NCBI RefSeq assembly: GCF_009914755.1
Contig: NC_060938.1
Strand: one strand, 5' to 3'
Source of the DNA: the human T2T-CHM13v2.0 reference genome, Homo sapiens
DNA length: 64,000 nucleotides
Made by a program: the position numbers and the translations under genes. The first letter of the stretch is position 1, and each line of letters starts with the position of its first letter. Shown one piece after another: positions 14,721 to 28,880 of the stretch. The notes under the pieces were generated by a model, which saw only the letters and a program-made list of their open reading frames with translations, made no database searches and had not been told where the DNA came from.

Positions 14721-16135
14721 TCTTTTTTTCCTCCACAATTATTATTTATATATTTGGAGGTTTGTAGGGATCTAATAAGTAGCACCATTTTTCTCTCCCC
14801 AAGTTCTTAAGTAAATTTAAAAATTTAAAAATGGAGGACAAATATCAACTGAGAGATAATAGAGAAGCGATTTTTTTCTATGGGACAAATTCTTTCCAAT
14901 TGCTGAACTTCAATTAAACTGATATTCCCACAGATTCACAAGCCCAGGTGGCAATCCTCAGGCCTGTCCCACAGAGATAGGGACATGCTTCTGGTAGACT
15001 AATAATGAAAGGGACCACAAGCTCTCTTCAGGTAAACCAGTTTCAGAATTAGGAAAATATATAGCGGCCAAGCTATTCATGCCTGTTTTTATATCCCCCT
15101 TCCAAACTCATGAATCAGGAATGCTTGGGTCATGAGTATAAGGCAACATGAAGGCATGTGGGAAAATACCATGAATTGCCATGAATGGGGAAAATCATTT
15201 TATATGTCAAAATATGTATTTGAGTGACTTGGATAACATTTGTAATACTATATTTAAAATACAATATTTAGTTAGTGTTTCTGAATGAGATAGTACTGAG
15301 AGCAATAAAAGGAACAGGGAAAATTTATAAATGAAGGCAATTGTGTGTGCCAGGTAAATATAAATAAAGATTAGAAAGAAGCAATTAAAGGTAGGCAGAG
15401 TATTGTGATGATCAAAAGTCTGAAAAATAATATAGTTTTATGATAAGAGGGAAATGAAACAGGGGAACAGGTTTGAAATGATATGAACAGGATTTTTTTA
15501 AAAACTTATTGATATTTTCAACCAGAATTTTTTAAAAAGTTATTTAAAGCTGATTCCTAAAATTGACTTACTGTAATAGCAGATATTTTTTGTATCTTAT
15601 CCACACATTCTCCTCTCTGAGGGAGTAGTTCAAAGAAAAAGAGGAAGAGAAAAGGTAAGATGATTAAAATATTTTTAATACAACTGAAATTGTCCTTATC
15701 TGTTATCACCATGAGATGGTGAAGGTGGTACTATCTCCTGCACCAATTATCATTTAATATCTTTCATGTGGGCTCAGGATAGAAACCTGCTGCCTTCCTA
15801 GAGAGGCCTGATGATGCGTTTAATGTCAACTAAGATCAAGAGCAGCTCATTTACTACTTCAAAGGGGAAACCTTGGGGTTAAATCATTTAGACCCAAGTT
15901 ACTGTTCATTATTAACTGATGCCTAAACACTTCTGATCATGACTATTGATTTCATACCCCATCCCACCAATCAATATGTATATGAATTTTAGAGTAAAGG
16001 GGTGGATAGTACAAATGCTCAGTGTCAATTATGCTCTCCTAACGGACTATGTGGGTAAGCCTTATATATATCAGTATTTGATTTTACCACTGTGATATTT
16101 ATCACACAAGGAACTCACAACAGATTGTCACTCAT

Positions 16136-16190
16136 AAAACCAATTTCACAATGATTTAAAACCAATTTCATAATGATTTGAAACCAATTT
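16136..16190. repeat. 22-bp tandem repeat, 2.5 copies
   Basis: aaaaccaatttcacaatgattt / aaaaccaatttcataatgattt / gaaaccaattt. Confidence 0.9.
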
Positions 16191-16430
16191 ACTATCTATT
16201 ATCACAAAGCCAGATAATATAACTTAAATGTTAGTAAATCACCTGCTTTCAGAAGCTCTGCAACAGAAACTTTTCCCACTGTCTCCTAACTATAGAGAAA
16301 TTGGTACATTGTTACTCTAGAGGGTTAGTAAACCTTGGGCAGAGTATTGGGATCTTGATAAGACCACGTAAAACTCGGCCTTTGAAATTTCTTCCCTACT
16401 TTGCCTCACTTAAGTGTTAAAATTGCTGCC

Positions 16431-16859
16431 TGATGAAGGTTTGGATCTGTGTGCCCACCCAAATCTCATGTTGAATTGTAATCCCCAGTGATGGAGGTGG
16501 GGCCTGGTGGGAGGTGATTGGATCATGGGCATGTTTTCTAATGGTTGAACACCATCCCTCTGGGTGCTGTTCTAATCACAATGAGTGAGTTCTCAAGAGA
16601 TCTGGTTGTTTAAAAGTGTGTAGCACCTCCCCTCCTTCTTCCCCCTGCTCCAAACTTGCTAAGTGCCAGCTTCTCCTTCACCTTCTGCCATGATTTAAAG
16701 TTTCCTATGGCCTCCCCAGAAGAAAAGATCCCAGCATCATGCTTCCTGTACAGCCTGTGGAAATGTGAGCCAATTAAAACTCTTTTTTTTTTTTTTTTTT
16801 TAAGTAAACTACCCAGTCTCAGGTATTTCTTTATAGCAGTGTGAGAATGAACTAATACA
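16431..16859 (+). mobile_element. Solo MSTA-like MaLR LTR
   Basis: TG...CA termini ('tgatgaaggtttggatctg' to 'actaataca'); perfect 5-bp TSD CTGCC at 16426-16430 and 16860-16864. Confidence 0.92.
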
Positions 16860-17689
16860 CTGCCTAAATATAGCCTTCCTTTTTATTTTGTTGTTTTGTT
16901 CATTTCAGTTGTTACAGACAACTAAAAACCAAAGCTATAATGTGAGTACACAGAAAGATTCACCAATTCCCAGCCTTATTTACCTGTGCTCTTTTACCTT
17001 TGATTACTCATTATAGAGAAAATGTCCTCCTTACACAAAGGGCAGAAACGTATCAAAAAATCTGAATCCTGTATTTCAGCTAACAACTTATTTGAACTAG
17101 GTGTTCTGTGTAGATTCTAGCACTCTAAAAGTGTGGAATCAAGGGTGAAGGTGGCCATCAACCATCAGTGGCTCTTGTCAAAATTTGTTTCTAGGTCAAT
17201 TGAATGAACCAAGTTGAGTGAAAGTTTTCAATTATGGTTTCCAACATATCTTCCAGATGGTTGTTCCATTTCAAGGATCCCAATGAAATTGTAAATTAAT
17301 TTAAATATTAACATTGTACAGATATTTAAATACTGAAAAACTGAATTCCCATCATTTTAAATATTTTAAATATACTTCACTCACTCTAAAGAAGCCTGCC
17401 AAATTAAATGTATCTGTGATACTCTAAAAAATCTTGTTACTTTGGACCTTCAGGTTAATAAACCCAAAGGTAACTTTATACCTGCGTAATGCCAGCATAA
17501 CTGTCCTGAGAGAGGGGACCTAGTATTCTGAAGATAATAATGTTTTAAAATAATTTATGAAAAAAATACTCTTTTAAGACTACATCAATAGGATGTAAAA
17601 ACTTTCAAAAATACGAAACTTTTAAAAACATTTATAAGTATGTCACATGAACGCTGGTATCATAGTCTTCACCTTTATTTTAAGCCAGT

Positions 17690-18296
17690 ATATACATGAG
17701 GAGTCAGGCTCCAAATCACAATCCTATGTGTGATCTCTCAGGCCCAACCGTTGATAATTTCAAGACGTTGGGTGGCAAGACTATTTAAGGAAATCTGTCC
17801 TCCATACACAAATTTGGTGCACAGCCAGTCCATTGCAGTTTTCTGGAGAAAGTTGCACCTGAGGACTCAGCTTCCCCTATCCAAGGACGGTCATGCACTT
17901 ACATATATCAGCATTACTAGCCCAGGTGCCTCTATGAAGTCCTCTTTATTAGAAAGATTGGCAAAGGTACTTTACTCCAACCCAGTATTTTTTTCAATCC
18001 TAGCCCTTTCCCCTCCCTTTCCCCTGACCTCCAATCTCCATAAGAAGGCAAGAGCCACCTTTAGTTAGTTCGTGGCGCTGCAGCAGTGAGACAATTTTCC
18101 CGTCTGTGTTGTGTTGGATGTCCTCTAATCCTCACCTGGAAGTTCCCTAGGCAAAAAATAAAAATAAGAGAACCAGCAGCACCTGTCTTTTTGGTTCTTT
18201 TGTTTGCCCTTTCTCAGTATGTAAATAAACCTTGGCTTTTATTTTCAGTTTGTCTCATTTTCTTAATTGACCACCTGGGTAATTGGCAACTCAACA
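17690..18296 (+). mobile_element. ERVL-class LTR (MER74/MER73/LTR53-like)
   Basis: LTR-like layout with 'gtaaataaacc' poly(A) signal and a terminal 'ggcaactcaaca'; family from memory, left boundary approximate. Confidence 0.5.
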
Positions 18297-18407
18297 ATAT
18301 ATCATTGAGGAAATCACATTAACTAATGAAATGATTGAAAATATGTGAGTGCTGGAAAAACACATTATGATGTGCTTTTTTTATTACCTTGCATATATGT
18401 TTAAATG

Positions 18408-19026
18408 TTTTTTTTTGTTTGTTTTTACTTTTACTTTCATTTTAGAATAAGGAGGTAGATATACAGATTTGTTACAAAGGTATGTTGCACAATGCTGAAG
18501 TTTGGGATATCATTTAACCTGTCACCCAGGTAGGGTGTATAGTATCCAATAGGTAGTTTTTCAGCCCTTTCTCTTTCCCTCTCTTGCCCCGTAGTCCTCA
18601 ATGTCTAGTGTTCCCATCTTTACGTCCATGTGTACCTCATGTTTACCTCCCACTTATAAGTGAGAATATGGGATATTTGGTCTTCTGCTCCTGTTCTAAT
18701 TTGCTTAAGGTAATGGCCTCCAGCTGCATCCATGTTGCTGCAAAGAACATGATTTCATTGTTTATGGCTGCATAGTATTCCATGGGATACATGTACCACA
18801 TTTTCTTTATTCAATCCACTTTTTATGGGCACCTAAGTTGAATCCATGTCTTTGCTGTGAATAGCATACTGATGAACATATGGGCTGTGTATCCTTATGG
18901 TAGAACTATTTATTTTCCTTTGGGTATATACTCAGTAATGGGATTGCTGGGTCAAATGATAGTTCAACTCAGTTCTTTGAGGAATCTCCAACTGCTCTCT
19001 ACAGTGGCTGGACTAATTTACATTTA
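18408..19026 (-). mobile_element. 5'-truncated L1 (L1PA16/L1PB grade) 3' end
   Basis: T-rich tail, 'ctcccacttataagtgagaatatg', 'atggctgcatagtattccatgg', 'agtaatgggattgctgggtcaaatg'. Confidence 0.9.
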
Positions 19027-19249
19027 CATAATGTAGGTTACATTTACATTTTGCAACAGTGTGATATTCTACTATGATATCGGGAAATGAGTTTTCTTAA
19101 GGTATATTAAAAATATATTATTTTTAGTTATTGGAAATAACTTTCAGTACTTAAATTTTCCTCTAGGTAAAATATTTGTTTATAAAGCTGCTTAAACTAC
19201 TTTAGGTAATGCAGATGAAATAAAAGCCTTCCATCAAATTCCATAGCCA

Positions 19250-20700
<1,451 letters not shown>

Positions 20701-21228
20701 TTAGCCACTATATTATGCGAACAAACTTGTAAGATAGAGTGTTTTTGTTTGGTTGGTTATCGTTTTCATCTCTTTGGAGAGTTTTTTTTTTCTTAGAGCT
20801 GTTGCAAAATGATCTATCTGAACAAATTGTAGTTTTCAGAATCTTTGATGTGTCCTATGTCCTAAAGAGTTGATCAATTGTTGTACCATTCAGTACGTCC
20901 TTGAATCTTTATAATAGTGAGAATTCCTAAGGACACAGTGAACCTTTTCTTTAAGTTTACCTGGTATCATTTAAGAAATGTTTTAAAATATTATTTGTTT
21001 GTTTCTATCTGTGTTTAGATTCTCTGCTAATTTTTTTTCTCATTATTACTTACCGTTAAATACAATGAGTTCTTCCTGGGCCTTGCTGTAGATACACTTT
21101 TGAGAAGAATGATAACAGTGTTCCAGGCTGGTAGATATTCTCCCTCCATCCCCAAATTAAACATGATTAAGTGCTCTAAGAATTGACTTCAGATTCCCTG
21201 CTCACTGATTTATAAATGTTAGAAACTT

Positions 21229-21263
21229 TGCAGTCAAATGCTCTACCATTGAGCTCTACTCTC
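21229..21263 (-). pseudogene. Retroposed 5' half of tRNA-Cys(GCA)
   Basis: Minus strand reads GAGAGTAGAGCTCAATGGTAGAGCATTTGACTGCA, 31/35 identical to tRNA-Cys nt 1-35 (GGGGGTATAGCTCAGTGGTAGAGCATTTGACTGCA); the 3' half is absent. Confidence 0.8.
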
Positions 21264-21519
21264 TGCCAGATAATGAGGACACAATTCAGTAACTCTCACT
21301 TTCTTAACCTTTGCAAGAGTGTGTTATCTGTTTTCTTATTCAACCGCATGTCTGTTTCTCGTGTTGGGAGCTAACAGTGTCCATAAGGAATCCCATGGTC
21401 AGTGTACATACCCTGCTTTGTTGCTCCCAATAAGACTTCTGTTTACACCTTGGGAAGTATACCTCATTGGTAGAACATTATTACGCTCTGCAGGGTTCAT
21501 CTGAAATACGCAGCTAGAT

Positions 21520-21690
21520 TTCTGTTGGATATTTTACATACACTCATTTTCTCATAACATCCCTGAATATACATGTTACTATCTGCATTTTGCAAATGAG
21601 CAATTAAGAGTCAAAAACTTTAAACCACTTACCTAAATCTACACAAACAGTAAGTGAAGAAACAATCACTTGAACACAAATATATTTCAC
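21520..21690 (-). mobile_element. MIR fragment
   Basis: 'actatctgcattttgcaaatgagcaattaagagtcaaaaac...acttacctaaatctacacaaacagtaagtg'. Confidence 0.65.
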
Positions 21691-22573
21691 AAGAGAAATA
21701 TTCTTTCTTTTATTCCGTTTTTTTTTCTTTTTTGTATCTCAGTAACTATAACAATTAATTTCCTATGGTGGTACCTAATCAAATCTGTTTAATTAAAAAG
21801 ATAGTTACCACCTTTCATTACACAATTAAATTTTAATTATTGTAACATTTCTAAGCATCTTTCTATTTTGAAAGAAAATGTGTGCTAATGCATTTGAAAA
21901 AGGCTTTTGCTCAATCTTCTATGAATAGCAGCTCCCAGGAGTCCAGGACCCAAATCACTGAGAAGGGAATCTATTTCATGAAAAATGTCATTTGCAGAGT
22001 ATGCAGGTAGTGAGGAAATCTAGCTCCAGCCTGTCAAGGCAGTGACTTCAATTCTGCTGAGTAGCCAAAGCAAGATAGTGTATGTGTAAAGAAGCAGCAG
22101 TCGCCTGGGAGACCCCTGAGTGAAGTAGGACAAAGTTCTGTAGAATCAACCGCTTGACTTCAGTCTCTGATACAGCCTCAGAAGTTTCCATTATTTCCCA
22201 GACGCTTGGTTTCAGAGTAATAGACAATCACTCACCCATTTGGCTTAGTCCTTTAGAAAAGAGAACATTTAGGTTGTGAAAAGGTCATATGGCACCACTG
22301 ACCAGATACACTAACTGGTAATATAAATAAATCAAGAAGACATTCATGTGATTCATCACTGCCTACTTTTTATGCACAATGAAAGCAAGAAACAAGTCTT
22401 GATTTTATTGAGAATAATATTAATCATAAAAGAATTAATTGCTTTATATCAGCTGCAAATCCCCAGCCACCTTGCTATCAACACTCCCATTTGGAGTCAC
22501 AAATATATAATTACATTCTAAAATATAATTTATATGTAACCTCCTGAATTTTATAATATTTACATTTCAAGAT

Positions 22574-22897
22574 TGCTATGGTCTGAATAAGGTGTCTCAT
22601 TAAAATTCATATTTTTGAATTTAATACCCAATGAGATAATATTAAGACATAGAGTCTTTGGGAATTTATTATGAAAATGTATCATGGGAGCGATTATTAA
22701 AGAAGTTGCTTCTTCCCTCATATAAGAACACAGCCACAAGGAGACATCTATGAAGCAGAGAGTGAGCCCTTGTTAGACATCAAACCTGCTGACACCTTGA
22801 ACTTCAGTTTTCCATCTACTAGGACTGTGAGCAATTATTTTTTGTTGTTTATAAATTACCCAATCTATATTGTTATAGCAGTGTGATGACTAAAAAT
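22574..22897 (+). mobile_element. MSTD/MLT1A-like MaLR LTR
   Basis: 'tgctatggtctgaat...gaagcagagag...acctgctgacaccttga...tttataaattacccaat...gttatagcag'. Confidence 0.8.
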
Positions 22898-24984
22898 GTT
22901 ATAAATGCATATTTTTAAAAGGAAAGAAAAATGAAATATACTGTGTCCTGTCATCTCCCATAAGCCATATAATTTAGACCTTTATAGTGTACCACTCTCT
23001 ACTCTGACAAAGTAGGGGAAGTATTGCTACCTTTGATCTATTGTTTTTTAAAATATATTTAGGTTGCAGAAATTCAATAGAACGGCATTGATTGTGTGGA
23101 CTTATTCCTAACGCTATAAATTTAGAATGACCTGCAATGGCAATATTGAAAATTGACATTTTATATTGAATTTGAAGTTCAATATATGCACTTATGAATT
23201 GTCATATATAATGTATTATTTAAGATGAATATGCCAAAATTATTTGTAGAAAGTAAAATAGAAATGTTATATTTATTCATCTTCATGTGCACATATAAGT
23301 GGTTTGGTACATTCTGGTAGAATTTCACACTATATAATCTTAAAAATAACTCATGTAGCCATTAATTACGTAGAATCTGATGTTCCCTGGTTCATTTTGA
23401 ATAAAATCTGCATACCTGCCTTACATTTTCATGCAATATTATCCAGGCTAAGACAGTTTTAACAGAGTTATCAGTATTAATATTGGTAAGTCATAGGTAT
23501 AATGAAGGGTACATAATCATTTCATTGAGATACCAATAATCAAAAATATAATCAATAAAAGAAGGTTCATTTTAATTTCACAGAAGCTAATTTATAAAAT
23601 TTTTAATAATAGCACCTGGAAATATAAAATTATAATTTTTAATCCAAATTACACATAATAGTGAAGTATGATTCAGAAAATATGTATTATTCCAGGGGAA
23701 AGTAAAAAGTAGGTGAAGATATTTGAAGAGTCTATATAATTTTTATTTTGCATCTATGAGAGTCACAAATATTTTTTTAACTTGACCAGCTATCAGGATC
23801 TCCTTTCACTGTGTTGATGTTTTGATATAATTTTTGACTGTAAAATTAACATTTTCATGGTGAAAGGCTAAATATTTTTATAGATATTTCAAAATTTTCC
23901 CTCAAAAACTTCTGTGTCTAGTTGTGTTTTGGTCAACAGAGACTACAGATGTTCAATAAGACACATTTTCTAACATTAAATAGTATCCTGTAATGGAATT
24001 TTGTTAACCTCATTATTGCTTATTGAGTTCCACAGTTTATTTACACTCTCCCTAATGTATTTCTCCTTTTGATAATAAAAAAATAAGTGTGTCAATGAAA
24101 GAAGGTAGAGCTGGTAAATGGGCAAGTAATGGTCTGTAGACAAGCCCATATAGAAAGGAATTTGTTCTTCTATGAGCCAAGGTTTGGGGTAGTAAAAGAG
24201 GTATGAAACCTAAACTGATTCATACATTAGTACTAATAATTAGTACACAATTAGTAACATTAGTACTCTAATGCTAGGAAAACGTGGGTCTTCAGAAAGC
24301 ATTTCACATTGTAGGAGCAGGGCAGCACCTTGCCATTTGGGGTCTTCAGCTAAGGAAATCTATAAGAATTTCCTGATCCTGGAGAACAGATTGTGTATCT
24401 ACAAGGTGAACAAAGATAACAAATCTTTTATGCTTGTACCAGTAGAGATCTCAGAGCTCAGAAACATTCTTTAAGGAATAGAGCAAGAAAAGTAAATAAC
24501 GAAATAATAGATATCTACTTTTCCTTGATTGAAGGGTTTAATTGCTATTTGAAAGTAAAACTAAAAGAGTCAAGTTGCAAGAAAAAGAAATCTGATAATA
24601 GCCTGTAAGTAAAATTACCAAACTATATCGGCAAAATCTAGGACCTGAGTGTTAGATTGAGGGGAAAAAAAAGCAAAAGCATTATAAAGGTTTTCTATCA
24701 TCAGGGATTGATTGACTAAAGGTCTATATAATGGCACATTCTGGGAAGGGGATGCATGAAAAAAATGGAGTGTATTGGTTATAGGATAGATTTGAAAAAT
24801 TTATATATGGTAGAAACACATCAATTGATGCGTGGAATGGGGAGTATAAAAAATTGACAAATAGAAAGGGTTAAACAAACTTCCAAATTAACTGGGGTAA
24901 GGTGAATAAGAATAAAAATAAAACCAGCAAAAAATAAGCAAAAGGCAAAAGAGAATGCAACTATTTAAAAATAATATTAAAAAT

Positions 24985-26000
24985 AAAAATTACAATGGGA
25001 TTTCTTACAGAATTTTTTAATCTAAAATTTATATGCAACAAAAGACCCAGAATAGCCAAAGTCATCTTGAGAAAGAAGAGCAAAGTGGAGGGATCAGACT
25101 TTCTGATTTGAAGGGGTATTTCAAGGCTATAATAATTAAGAGTATGATACTGACATAAGGACAGACACATTGGCCGAAGGAACAGAAGAGAGAGCCCCAG
25201 CAACAGACTCATAGATATATGGTCAGCCAATCTTCAACAAAGGTGCCAAAAATATACAACGGGGAAAGAATAGTCTCTTCAACAAATGGTAATGGGAAAA
25301 CTAGATGTCCACGTGGAAAAATATGAAATTGGACCCTCTTCTTGCACCTTAAACAGCACCAACAAAATCAACTCAAAATTGTTTAAAAATTTAAATGGAA
25401 GACCTGAAACTGTCAAGCTCCAAAATAAAAACAACAACAACAACAAAACACACAAGAAGAAGGCTTCATAACAGAGATCTTTATAATCATTTCCTGGATA
25501 TGACACACACAAAAACACACGCAGCAAAAACAAAAATACAAATGCTTACAATAGAATATTACTCAGCCTGAAAAAGATGGAAATTCTATCATTAGAAACA
25601 ACACAGCGGACTTGGAGAACGTTATACTAAGTGAAAAAAGCCAGTCACAGAAGGCCAAATACTGTAAGATTTCACTTACATGAGGTATATGAAATAGTCA
25701 AATTTATAGAAGCCGAAAATAGAACAGTGGTTGTGAGAGACTGGGAAGAGAAAAATCATCAGAGTTGTTTAATGGATATGAAGTTAATATGGTAGATCTC
25801 ATATTAATTATTCTTCACATACACACTCAGAAAGCAAAGGGGCACAAGAAAACTTTTGAGGGTGATATTCTTATTACCTTGATTGTAGTGATGACATCAT
25901 GGGTATACGCATATATCCAAACTAATATCAAACAGTATATGTTCCCTGTGTGCAGTCTTATTTTATATCAGTCATACTTTAATAAAGCTGTCAAAACACA
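24985..26000 (+). mobile_element. L1MA10/L1MB1-grade LINE 3' part with an internal deletion near 25545
   Basis: ORF2 motifs ('gacccagaatagccaaagtcatcttgag', 'tagtctcttcaacaaatggt') then a jump to 3'UTR ending 'tttaataaagctgtcaaaa'. Confidence 0.8.
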
Positions 26001-26023
26001 GAAAAATAACTAAGGTGAAAGAA

Positions 26024-26323
26024 TTTTTTTTTTTTTTTTTTGAGACGGATTCTCCCTCTTTCGCCCAGGCTGCGGCTCACTGCAAGCTCCGCCTCCCGGG
26101 TTCACGCCATTCTCCCGCATCCACGCCATTCTCCCGCGGCAGCCTCCCGAGTAGCTGGGACTACAGGCGCACGCTGCCATGCCTGGGCTAATTTTTTTGT
26201 ATTTTTAGTAGAGACGGGGTTTCACCTTGTTAGCCAGGATGGTGTTGATCTCGTGACCTCGTGATGTGCCCGCCTCGGCCTCCCAAAGTGCTGGGATTAC
26301 AGGCGTGAGCCACCGCGCCCGGC
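26024..26323 (-). mobile_element. AluY, CpG-rich, with internal 19-bp deletion and 19-bp duplication
   Basis: AluY diagnostics ('gcaagctccgcctcccgggttcacgccattc'); TSD aggtgaaa(g/t)aatt at 26013-26025 and 26324-26336. Confidence 0.95.
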
Positions 26324-26684
26324 AGGTGAAATAATTTAAATCATACTAAATGCAAATAAATATTTATTTTAAAAGATATATTTGAAAGTTTGGTTAAAAT
26401 AAACTTTTCTATGCATTTTATAAAAATATATATTTTAAAACAAATTACTAAACATTGAAAACTCATTTAAGATAATAGATGTAAGGCAAATGCACGAAAA
26501 GAGGAAGCAAGGATGACATAATTTTATCTTTAGAATTTAAAGGATCTAGTGGAGAAAAATAATTAAGTCGAGAGGATTTGAGTAATGTAATCAACATCCA
26601 GCACTAAATAGACATATAAGCAAAGTTACATTGTATAAATGAAAAATAAATATTTTTATGAAAAAGATCAATTTAAAATTTCTG

Positions 26685-26999
26685 GGCCGAGCGCTGTGGC
26701 TCACACCTGTAATCCCAACACTTTGGGAGGCCGAGGCGGGCGGGTCACCTGAGGTCAGGAATTCAAGACTGGCCTTGCCAACATGGAGAAACCCCGTCTC
26801 TACTAAAAATACAAAAATTAGCCTGGCGTGGCAGTGGGCGCCTGTAATCTCAGCTACTCGGGAAGCTGAGGCAGGAGAATCGCTTGAACCCGAGGGAAGA
26901 AGTTTGTAGTGAGCCGAGATCACACCACTGCACCCCAGCCTGAGCAACAGTGTGAAACTCTGTCTCAAAAAGTAAAATAAAATAAAATAAAAAGTAAAA
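26685..26999 (+). mobile_element. Full-length AluS (Sx-like)
   Basis: Complete dimer; TSD taaaatttctg at 26674-26684 and 27000-27010. Confidence 0.95.
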
Positions 27000-27589
27000 T
27001 AAAATTTCTGGAAGATCCTAAATAAGTGATACATCATGCAGAACAAGAATAAGCACAGATATGTAATATCAGTCCAATATCATTAGCAAGTTCAAGATGT
27101 GCTATATTTTATGTATTTCAAAATGATCTTGATTACAAGATAATCATTATTTTATGTATTACTAAGAAAGAAAAGAATGCGGGCAAAAAAGACAATGCTC
27201 TATTATGAAAATATTTTATCCTCTATTTATTGAAAAATACATCAATTTATATAGTTATATTTCACAAATACTACCATGATGCATGCCTACAGGCAAAAAT
27301 ATAAATTATTAAGTTTTTTTCCAGACTAATCCCATTTTTAGATTCTGATATTTCTATCTTTTGAAATTTTGCACACAAGTGTTTGTAAAGTCTGTCACAT
27401 ATCTTCTCATATTAATTTTTAATTCATCTGAAGTGAATAAATTACAGAAAAAATTCTGTATGAAAATTTATTAAATCAATGAAAATAAATTTACTCAATT
27501 GAATATATGACAATTAAATGCTTCTCAACTATGAAGTAAGAGTCTAACGCATATATGGCAGCAACATTCTTTGGTTAATACAGTTTCTG

Positions 27590-28880
27590 GATTTTTAATT
27601 TTAAAAACTTTATTGTTGTAAGAACACAACATAAGATCTACTGCTGACAAATTTTTAAGTATACAGTACATTATTTCTAAAAATGTTGTAAAGTAAACCT
27701 TTAGAGGCTATTCATTTTACTGATAACAACTTAAGTTCAATTGCTACAAAAACTGTACACCCTCAACTTTTTCGCCTGACACTTTGTATTATTATTGTCC
27801 CAATTTACATCTATTCAGGTTGTATACAGTTTAACATTTTGTAGCTATAGTCATTTTAATGCTTCTGATTTTTTGACTTGTACAATAAAAGTGACTTAGT
27901 GACTTACTAACCATTTTGGTAATACGGTGTACTATATTTCTTCATATAATTACCTTTATTGAGTTTTATACTTTCTTACACCGTTGTGTTACTATTAGCA
28001 TCCTTTCATTTCAACTTGAAGAATTCCCTTAAAACATTTTTTATAAAGCAGGTCTAGTGGTGACCAACTCCCTTAGCTTTTGTTTGTCTGAGAGAGTCTT
28101 CTTCATTTTTGAAGAACAGGTTTGCTGGATATAATTCTCTTAACTGGAAGTTCTTTTCTTGCACCACTTTGAATATAATGTCCTATTCTGTTCTTGCCTG
28201 CAAAGTTCCTGCTTAAAGAATACACTACAGTCTAATTGGGAGCTGAGGGGGGACAGTGTTCTCTTGTAGATAGTCAATTTTCTCATGCTGCTTTTAAAAT
28301 TCTTTGTCTTTGAATTTTAACAATTTGATTATAATGTTTCTTAGTGCAGATTTCTTTGGGCTTATCTTATTTAGTATCCTTAGAGCTTCTTGGATTTAGA
28401 TATCCATTTTCTTTTCTAGCCTTGGAAAGTGGAAGCCATCATTTCTTTGAATAATCTATCTGGTCTTTTTCCTTTTTCTTATCCTTCTATAAATTCCATA
28501 ATGTATATATTGGGCCACTTGATGATGTTCCATAATTCCCTCAAGCTTACTTTGTTCTTTTAAACATTTTTTTCCTTTTACTTCTCGGACTAAATTATTT
28601 CTTGTAACCTGTCTCCAAGTATACTGATCTTTTCTTCTGTCTGATCTAATCTGCTGTTGAACCCCACTGGTAATTTTTTTAGTTCAGTTATTGTGTGCTC
28701 CATGATTTATGTCTGGGGCTTTATTTATATTTTCTGTTTTTTTGTTGAAATTATTACCTTTTTCATGCATTGTTCTCTTAACCTTGGTAACATCATTATG
28801 AGGATTATTTTAAATCCTTTTCAGGTGAGTCATATAACTCTGTTTCATTAGGGTAAAGTTTTGAATATGTATCCTGGTGT
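27590..28880 (-). mobile_element. Old L1M: 3' terminus (about 27590-27725) joined to ORF1/inter-ORF region
   Basis: 'aacataagatctac...tttttaagtatacagtaca' (L1MA9/10-type end), then 'gcaggtctagtggtgaccaactcccttagcttttgtttgtctg' (antisense ORF1). Confidence 0.7.

Noticed and set aside
14934-15031. Exon-like segment (cccacag/...cag/gtaaac)
   Set aside because: Stop codons in all three frames and a weak pyrimidine tract; such signals occur by chance. A non-coding exon cannot be excluded without RNA data.
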